42,838 nt of DNA from Candidatus Thorarchaeota archaeon (GTDB taxonomy: Archaea > Asgardarchaeota > Thorarchaeia > Thorarchaeales > Thorarchaeaceae). Positions 36,674 through 42,838 of this stretch are shown here, piece by piece. The stretch covers positions 1-42,838 of the forward strand of contig JBHLQK010000003.1 of assembly GCA_048884925.1 (NCBI GenBank). Reading direction: 5' to 3'. The translations under genes and the position numbers were made by a program. Below the pieces are notes generated by a model. That model saw nothing but the letters and a program-made list of their open reading frames with translations, did no database searches and was not told where the DNA came from. Within the stretch, counting starts at the first letter, position 1; each line of letters starts with the position of its first letter.

Positions 36674-38364
36674 TACACCTCCACCTTCCCTAGGCTCCTA
36701 ATGCCGAGATAGAGCATTAAGCCACCGACGAGGAGTAGGAATACCGGTCCTAAGAACATCTCAACTGCCATGAAGCCATCAATTCCGATTACGCTCTCCA
36801 TGAATCTGAAGAGGTTAAAGCCGAGTCCCATGTCCAAGAAGATTGCTGCAAACAGAGGGCCAATCAGAGTGAACTGCGTCAGCATCATGGAGGTGATCAA
36901 GACCGTCTGATGTGCAGAAGACTTTGTATCCTCATAGTTCGGGTTCTGAGCAGTGACTCCCATGGCCACCATCACCGCACCACAGACCACAATGAAGGCT
37001 GAAACGAATATTTGGAGCGCCAGCAGAGGAGCCAAACTGAACATGAATGTCATCACAAGGGTCGGTGCAAGACTGAGAGGGATAGCCATCATGAATCCGG
37101 TGATAATGCGTGCTCTCATGAAGCGAGAGGCTCCCTTTGGAGCACTGCGGATAATCCAGAGCTGATCCTTGGACTCAAGGAACCCTGCCCCAGCGAATGG
37201 GAACACTCCAACGACTCCAATCATGATGCTGATCATGGGTAGAATCTCTGTTGCATCAAACACCTCTCCCTCCATGATGGTCATCTGTTGGATTAGTATA
37301 GGTAGTATTATGGCTAAGACCACTCCATAGAAGATCTTGGAGAGATTCTGTGCCTTCCTGCCAAAGTCCTTTAGACTTACAATTGTGAGAGCACCAAAGG
37401 GACCCTTTGCTACACTGCGGATACCTCTGAGAAAGATGTTCTCTCGACCGACAGTAGTGACTGTTTCAGTCCGTACTCCTGCACTAATTGTAAAGACCCT
37501 ATCAGCTGCTACTATTGCTATGGGCACGAATGCTAGTCCAAAAGCTGCCATCAGCAATGCACTTGTCAACATGTCCAGCTGGAGGATTGCGCCGAATGCA
37601 AGTATCTGAGAACCAGTCAGACCGATTCCGTTGAATGTGATTGCCACCCAGCTCACCAGGTCAGCTGGCCAAGTGAATGGCATCACTAGGAATGCGTTCA
37701 TTCCTAGAAGCTCGGATAGCTGTGGCATGAAGAACATCAGACCATACATTGGAATGATGACTATGAGTGCAACCACCATTGAGAGGGCTTTTGCAATGTC
37801 ATTGCCACGTGATGATTCCCCGAGCCTTGCTTGGATGACAGAGGTAATGAAGTTTGATAGCCAAATTGTCGAAATGACCATCATAGCGATTACAGTGTAT
37901 ACCAGTGCCTGACCCAAGAGTGAAACCTCAAAGGCCAGCATGAAGGGAGAGATCAGCAGGGGTGCAAAGACAATGACGAAGAATCCATACATGGGAATCT
38001 TGCCCAAAAAAGTCCCAGTCAGAATGTCCTTAGTCTTCACATTGTTTGACAGGAAGATCTCCCACTGTCCAATCTTAATCTCCTGAAGTGATTGAGAGAG
38101 AGGAAAGAGTAGCAGCAATGCCCAGAGGAAGAGCATGACTGTACGCATGAGACCTGGAAACAATACCATCAATAGTGTGCGTATGGCGTCCATTGGCATA
38201 ATCAACTGAATGAATCCCAAGATGATAGTTGGAGCCAAGTAGGTTGCCCATACTATAGCCAGTGCATACAGTATTCCTGCCATAAGATACCGGTGCTTCT
38301 TCATACCCGCAGTGAGTACGAAGAACTCGGCCTTTGCGATATGATACCACTTACGAGTCATCAT
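36673..38364 (-). CDS. ABC exporter permease (about 12 TM, two fused halves)
   Basis: Multi-TM; E..L.N and ESKDQLWIIRSAP loops; ATG 38364 after GGAGGTGA. Confidence 0.8.
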   Translation of the reverse strand: MMTRKWYHIAKAEFFVLTAGMKKHRYLMAGILYALAIVWATYLAPTIILGFIQLIMPMDAIRTLLMVLFPGLMRTVMLFLWALLLLFPLSQSLQEIKIGQWEIFLSNNVKTKDILTGTFLGKIPMYGFFVIVFAPLLISPFMLAFEVSLLGQALVYTVIAMMVISTIWLSNFITSVIQARLGESSRGNDIAKALSMVVALIVIIPMYGLMFFMPQLSELLGMNAFLVMPFTWPADLVSWVAITFNGIGLTGSQILAFGAILQLDMLTSALLMAAFGLAFVPIAIVAADRVFTISAGVRTETVTTVGRENIFLRGIRSVAKGPFGALTIVSLKDFGRKAQNLSKIFYGVVLAIILPILIQQMTIMEGEVFDATEILPMISIMIGVVGVFPFAGAGFLESKDQLWIIRSAPKGASRFMRARIITGFMMAIPLSLAPTLVMTFMFSLAPLLALQIFVSAFIVVCGAVMVAMGVTAQNPNYEDTKSSAHQTVLITSMMLTQFTLIGPLFAAIFLDMGLGFNLFRFMESVIGIDGFMAVEMFLGPVFLLLVGGLMLYLGIRSLGKVEV

Positions 38365-38365
38365 C

Positions 38366-39145
38366 TCACCTCCAGGCCAAGAGTACCTCACGGTCGACCT
38401 TGCCGCCGACTATCTTCAGGTATGCATCTTCCAGATTCCGTGCTCCAGCTGCCTCGATAATATCTTGAGGAGCACCGCGTGTGACAAGCTCACCCTCGTT
38501 GAGGAGTCCAATGACATCACAGACATCCTCTGCAAAGCTCGTCATGTGGGTGCAGATGAAGAATGTCGTGTTGGTTTCCTCAGCAAGAATTAGGATCAAG
38601 TCCTTGACAATAGCACTTGCACTGGGATCGAGCCGTGATGTGGGTTCGTCAAGAAATACAACCTTGGGCTCGTGCAGAAGCGTAGAGGCGACTAGGACCT
38701 TCTGCTTCATGCCTGATGAGTATGACTCCAGCAAGTCGTCCTGCCTACCCTCTAGTCCCAGTATACCAAGTAGGCTATCAATACGTCTGTGTACTTCTCC
38801 ACCATTTCTACCGTTTAGTGCTCCAATAAACTCCAGGAACTCAACAGCAGACAGCTTTGAGTACAGACCGGGGGTCTCTGGGAGTAGACCTGTAATTGCC
38901 TTGATAGCGTCGCGATCTTTGCTAACATCCATGCCACATACTTCGGCATATCCGCTAGTCTGTTTCAGTAGACCCGAGAGTATACGGACAGTGGTTGTCT
39001 TCCCAGCTCCGTTAGGTCCAAGGAAGCCGAACCTGCTACCCGACATCACCTCTAGGTCTAGATTACGTACGGCTCGAACAGCATCAAATGACTTGTTCAG
39101 CCGCTCGGTGCGAATTGTTATTCCGTTTCTAGCCAACTTGCTCAC
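38366..39145 (-). CDS. ABC transporter ATP-binding protein, close paralog of 35897..36673
   Basis: GPNGAGKTT, YSSGMKQK, FLDEPT; same LLAWR C-terminus. Confidence 0.95.
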   Translation of the reverse strand: MSKLARNGITIRTERLNKSFDAVRAVRNLDLEVMSGSRFGFLGPNGAGKTTTVRILSGLLKQTSGYAEVCGMDVSKDRDAIKAITGLLPETPGLYSKLSAVEFLEFIGALNGRNGGEVHRRIDSLLGILGLEGRQDDLLESYSSGMKQKVLVASTLLHEPKVVFLDEPTSRLDPSASAIVKDLILILAEETNTTFFICTHMTSFAEDVCDVIGLLNEGELVTRGAPQDIIEAAGARNLEDAYLKIVGGKVDREVLLAWR

Positions 39146-39153
39146 CTAATATC

Positions 39154-39260
39154 TTGCAGTAAATGTTTACCGCAATCTATGTAAACAATCACCAAGTTTA
39201 TATATAAACTTTCCCAAGTACGTAGTGAAGAATTACCCGAAAGCTTTATAGCTGGGTAAT
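39154..39260. promoter_or_regulatory. bidirectional promoter with palindromes
   Basis: TTGCAGTAAA-TG-TTTACCGCAA (39154-39175), TGTTTAC-N10-GTAAACA (39164-39187), perfect AAGTTTATATATAAACTT (39194-39211), ATTACCC-N15-GGGTAAT (39232-39260). Confidence 0.65.
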
Positions 39261-39284
39261 GACAAAAACAGTGAGGATAAGAAG

Positions 39285-39857
39285 ATGCTACTCTCAGTTC
39301 ACGAAGCAACGGTCTGGTGGGAATTCCAGCAAGGAAAGACCACTGGAGAGATTGCCAGTGAATACGAGATGGATCAAATAGCGCCTGCTTATGTCTACGC
39401 CCTCTTTCAGAAATCGGACAAGGGGTCTGAGAGAGATGGAATCAAGAAAGTCAATCTCAAAGACACACAGTACGTATCACGGGTCCTCAACAGGGCTAGG
39501 GATAAAATCGAGAAGGCTCTCAGGAATCAGGCCAAGAGCCATCGTCTTGATATCGAGACCGTTCAGGACTACAAGGGGCTACTTCGTGGATTTGATTATC
39601 AGGCAAACACAGAGGTATACATCATTTACACAATGAAGCTTGGCGTGATAGTTTGGTACAAGCACGACTCATACGCAGGCAAGCTCTGCCATGAGTGTCC
39701 GAAGGAAGAGGAGTGTCGAGACACCCTTGACACAATAATGGCAGAGTACAATATAACCTTGAGACCAGATGAGGAACAGCTATACATGACCCAGCAGTCC
39801 ATTGCTATCTTCAATAAACTCGCTGCCAAAGAAGTACCGAGGTATAAGAGAGCATAA
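39285..39857 (+). CDS. putative regulator: sigma70-r4/LuxR-like HTH + C-x2-C-x5-C domain
   Basis: LS..E..VW....GKTTGEIA...VSRVLNRARDKI; CHECPKEEEC. Confidence 0.6.
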   Translation: MLLSVHEATVWWEFQQGKTTGEIASEYEMDQIAPAYVYALFQKSDKGSERDGIKKVNLKDTQYVSRVLNRARDKIEKALRNQAKSHRLDIETVQDYKGLLRGFDYQANTEVYIIYTMKLGVIVWYKHDSYAGKLCHECPKEEECRDTLDTIMAEYNITLRPDEEQLYMTQQSIAIFNKLAAKEVPRYKRA

Positions 39858-40624
39858 TGGAGTTGAAGATAATGGGTAGAGAGTACGAAGGTAAAGTAAT
39901 CAGGCCTCCGATGGAAACAGTAGCATATGGAAAAGTGTTCAGGCCAGCTACGGCATTGAGGAATAAGTATTGGTTCATTGCCGTTGTCACAATGCTGATC
40001 ATGTATGCAATAACAGCAGGCACATTCTTTGGCCTCTTCTATCTCATCTACGTATTCACTGATGGCCTCTGGCAGTTCTCCGCCTGGATCGATGCGATGT
40101 GGACGCCTGTAAACTTCTGGTTCTGGACGTTGGGGCTTATTGTGCTTGTGCCTGTGCTCATTCTGATTCCAGTCTATCTCAACAGGTTTGAGTACTCGGT
40201 GAGAGGTGAGTCGGGGAAGTCACTGCCGGAGATATATGTCAAGAAGGGGCTGATTGATGTCACAGAGAAGCATGTGCCACTGCGTGCCATCACAAACATC
40301 GCCAGCAAGACCGGCCCCTTTGACCGTCTATTCGGGATAGGTAATGTTGAGATTCACACGGCAGGATATTCTGGAGGACCTTATGAAGGGGGAAAGCCCG
40401 AAGAAAAGATTGAGGGCATAACATTCTACCAAGAACTTCGAGACTTTATACTTAGTGAGATGCGCAGTTTCAAGGGCATTTATGCAACAACGACCGAGGG
40501 ATTTACTGAACAAGATAGCACCATCCGTGTTGGCTCCGTAGAAGAGGCGACACTTTCTACATTGCAAGACCTCCGAAATGTCCTACGCAGAATAGAGGAC
40601 AAGCTTGATAGGAGTGATTTATAG
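39857..40624 (+). CDS. 2-TM + bacterial-type PH domain (bPH_2/YdbS-like) protein, copy 1
   Basis: EY...EIYVKKG....EKHVP.R.ITNI...GPFDRLFGIGNVEIHTAG. Confidence 0.85.
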   Translation: MELKIMGREYEGKVIRPPMETVAYGKVFRPATALRNKYWFIAVVTMLIMYAITAGTFFGLFYLIYVFTDGLWQFSAWIDAMWTPVNFWFWTLGLIVLVPVLILIPVYLNRFEYSVRGESGKSLPEIYVKKGLIDVTEKHVPLRAITNIASKTGPFDRLFGIGNVEIHTAGYSGGPYEGGKPEEKIEGITFYQELRDFILSEMRSFKGIYATTTEGFTEQDSTIRVGSVEEATLSTLQDLRNVLRRIEDKLDRSDL

Positions 40625-40625
40625 A

Positions 40626-41405
40626 ATGAGCGCATATTACGAAGAGAGAGTGATCAAACCTCCGATGGAAAGGATAGCCAGCGGTAAGATCTTCAAGCCA
40701 GCTAGGAGTCTGATTTTCAAGGGCTGGTTGCAGGGATTCTTGTTCTTTGCAGTCTGGTGGGTCATTATTATGGAGGGGTGGATAGGACTAACATTCATAA
40801 TCTACGTGATTTCGAGAGAGTCTTGGACACCAATTCAGCATGCTCAATATGTGAACACTTGGTGGGTATTTGTAAGCGGATGGTATTGGGGAATTGTATT
40901 AATCATTCTGGGTATCGGCTTCACAATATGGGCATTATATGTCATGAGAATTGAGTACTCAATTCTTGCTGAAACCAGACAGCCCATGCCTGAGATCTAT
41001 GTGAGAAAAGGAATATTCACAGTAACAGAGAAACATGTTCCGTTCCGGACTGTGACAAACATATCCTCTAAGAAGGGACTCTTTGACCGGATTTTTGGGA
41101 TTGGGAGTGTCGAGATTCAGACTGCAGGAATATCAGGAGGAATGCAGCCAGGAGGATTCCAACCAAAACCAGAAGAGAAGCTTGAAGGCATTCCATACTT
41201 CAACGAACTGCGTGACTTCATTCTTAGGGAGCTTCGTCGCTTCACAGGTCAATATGTCACTGGGACAGAGGTAGTTGCCCCTGAACAGGATGATTCATTT
41301 GCAGGGCTTGGACAAGGAGAGATATTGCAGACTCTGCAAGACATGCGTGACATTCTCAGGAGGATGGATGAAAAGCTTGACAGGAGGAATATCCGAGATG
41401 AGTGA
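40626..41405 (+). CDS. bPH_2 membrane protein, copy 2
   Basis: Same motifs; ATG 40626 after GGAGTGA. Confidence 0.85.
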   Translation: MSAYYEERVIKPPMERIASGKIFKPARSLIFKGWLQGFLFFAVWWVIIMEGWIGLTFIIYVISRESWTPIQHAQYVNTWWVFVSGWYWGIVLIILGIGFTIWALYVMRIEYSILAETRQPMPEIYVRKGIFTVTEKHVPFRTVTNISSKKGLFDRIFGIGSVEIQTAGISGGMQPGGFQPKPEEKLEGIPYFNELRDFILRELRRFTGQYVTGTEVVAPEQDDSFAGLGQGEILQTLQDMRDILRRMDEKLDRRNIRDE

Positions 41406-42156
41406 TAGCAAAGTGATCAAGCCACCAATGGATGCAATAAAGAGCGGTAAGGTCTTCAAACCAGATGGTGTCTTTGTCTACAAAGGCTGGTTGGGAGCCA
41501 TTCTAGGTGCTTTGGGTCTGTGGCTATTGGCGATGGTGACATGGCTTGGTACAGCCTATCTCGTCTTTGTCTTTGATGAGGGGATACCATTTTCGGGGTA
41601 TATCGCTTATCTTAACGACTGGTGGCTTCCAGTCAATTTCTGGTGGTGGATTATCAATGCATTCTGGCTCATCCCCGCTATCGTCATTTGGCCATTCTAT
41701 GTCGGCAGATTCGAATATTCAGTGATAGCTCACTCAGGTGAAACAATGCCAGAGATATATGTCCGAAAGGGAATAATAACAGTCACAGAGAAACATGTAC
41801 CCTTCAGAACAATCACGAATATCTCCTCAAAGGCTGGACCTTTGGATAGGATTTTCGGCATAGGAAGTGTTGACATAGAAACCGCTGGATTCTCCGGCGG
41901 GGCTCAAGCTGGGGCCAAACCAGAAGAGAAGCTTGAAGGATTGCAAATCTTTGAGTCTGTGAGGGACTTCATTTTACGTGAGCTTCGTAGGTTTACAGGT
42001 CAGTATGTCACAGGGACAGAAGTCATCTTGCCATCTGAACGACCAGTGCCTCGAATGGATGACACTCTCGAAGACGAAATACTAATCACCTTGAGACAGA
42101 TTAGAGATAGGTTAGCACCTTTAGATGAGATTCTTGAGCATCTGAAGCGAAGGTGA
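41398..42156 (+). CDS. bPH_2 membrane protein, copy 3
   Basis: Same motifs; ATG 41398 after GGAGG, overlapping the upstream stop. Confidence 0.85.
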   Translation: MSDSKVIKPPMDAIKSGKVFKPDGVFVYKGWLGAILGALGLWLLAMVTWLGTAYLVFVFDEGIPFSGYIAYLNDWWLPVNFWWWIINAFWLIPAIVIWPFYVGRFEYSVIAHSGETMPEIYVRKGIITVTEKHVPFRTITNISSKAGPLDRIFGIGSVDIETAGFSGGAQAGAKPEEKLEGLQIFESVRDFILRELRRFTGQYVTGTEVILPSERPVPRMDDTLEDEILITLRQIRDRLAPLDEILEHLKRR

Positions 42157-42171
42157 TAGGTGAACTGAAGC

Positions 42172-42838
42172 ATGAGCAGTAAAGGTAAAGTAATCAAGCC
42201 GCCAATTGAGGACGTTGAGAGTGGAAAGATCTTCAAGCCATCGAAGGCGTTTCGCAACAAGAACTGGTTTCTAATGACTTTCGCTGCAGTGGGAATCTGG
42301 CTGATATTCTTGGCTCTCATGCTGGGACTGGGATACCTTGTGTTTGGATTGATTGGACAACCTGGCTTCGAGAGCTGGACCAGTGTCTTCTGGGAGATTA
42401 TCAATCCATGGTACTGGGTACTAACTGCAATCTGGTATATTCCAGCAATGATACTTTATCCAATCTACATCAATGCGTTTGAATACTCTGTGATAGCAAA
42501 GTCTGGTGGAACTATGCCTGAGATATATGTCAAGAAGGGACTCATCAATATCACTCGGAAGCATGTCCCCTTCAGAACTATCACAAACATCTCATCTAGA
42601 GCAGGACCATTTGATCGAATCTTTGGGATAGGAACTGTTGAGGTTGAAACTGCTGGAGCATCAGGAGCGCAGGTTGGAGGCTCAGCTGAGGAACGGTTGG
42701 AAGGATTAGTCTTCTACGAGGAACTCCGTGACTTCATCTTACGCGAGCTGCGCAGATTCAATGACCCATACGTGACTGGAACAGAGGTGGTCATTCCTGA
42801 GGATGAGAAGGTCATCAGAGTTGGCAGTTCAATTGAGG
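42172..42838 (+). CDS. bPH_2 membrane protein, copy 4, 3'-truncated (absent from ORF track)
   Basis: MSSKGKVIKPPIEDVESGKIFKP...EIYVKKG...KHVPFRTITNISSRAGPFDRIFGIGTVEVETAG...ELRDFILRELRRF; open to window end. Confidence 0.9.
   Translation, partial: MSSKGKVIKPPIEDVESGKIFKPSKAFRNKNWFLMTFAAVGIWLIFLALMLGLGYLVFGLIGQPGFESWTSVFWEIINPWYWVLTAIWYIPAMILYPIYINAFEYSVIAKSGGTMPEIYVKKGLINITRKHVPFRTITNISSRAGPFDRIFGIGTVEVETAGASGAQVGGSAEERLEGLVFYEELRDFILRELRRFNDPYVTGTEVVIPEDEKVIRVGSSIE

Noticed and set aside
38481-39149. 222-aa plus-strand ORF and other antisense ORFs such as 15147..15656, 17019..17489 and 19294..19746
   Set aside because: Lie antisense to well-supported genes and have no recognisable motifs
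39164-39187. Forkhead (TGTTTAC) binding sites
   Set aside because: A 7-mer match alone is weak and no forkhead-like protein is visible; kept only as a generic inverted repeat
1-42838. Selenocysteine or pyrrolysine read-through genes
   Set aside because: Genes look complete at their stops; the TGA/TAG ends I inspected (e.g. 1359, 2418, 24452, 33994) give no meaningful extension, and I saw no convincing SECIS
39857-42838. CRISPR array or DGR-type repeats
   Set aside because: Repeats are coding paralogs diverged at synonymous sites; no spacers, reverse transcriptase or adenine-specific variation

Overview
Gene-dense archaeal chromosomal window with no rRNA, tRNA, CRISPR or mobile element that I can support. 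TATA/BRE promoters, GGTGA/GGAGG Shine-Dalgarno sites, TrmB/wHTH regulators, a short LRR protein and a Zn-ferredoxin point to an archaeon, most likely Asgard (Thorarchaeia-like); that assignment is inference. Content in order: a GH94-like phosphorylase, two UroD/MtaA-family methyltransferases and a TrmB-MEDS regulator; a class II photolyase cluster; CcdA and PAS genes; a GlcD-like oxidoreductase; two ArsB/NhaD-type permeases; a Zn-finger Regnase-type NYN nuclease; a short AlaRS; DUF47 and PiT; assorted redox enzymes; two divergent paralogous membrane-anchored surface proteins; a papain-like surface protein; an ATPase-permease-ATPase ABC operon; and, divergent from it, an HTH/Cys-cluster regulator followed by at least four tandem bacterial-type PH-domain membrane proteins. 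Best leads: (1) the two surface-protein paralogs share an ungapped 64-bp promoter with two conserved palindromes and similar double-hairpin/U-tract 3' ends; (2) the PH-array/ABC locus with a palindrome-packed bidirectional promoter; (3) an unannotated 55-aa double desulforedoxin-like protein; (4) a speculative hammerhead-like RNA over a permease RBS. All family calls come from motif recognition, not database searches.
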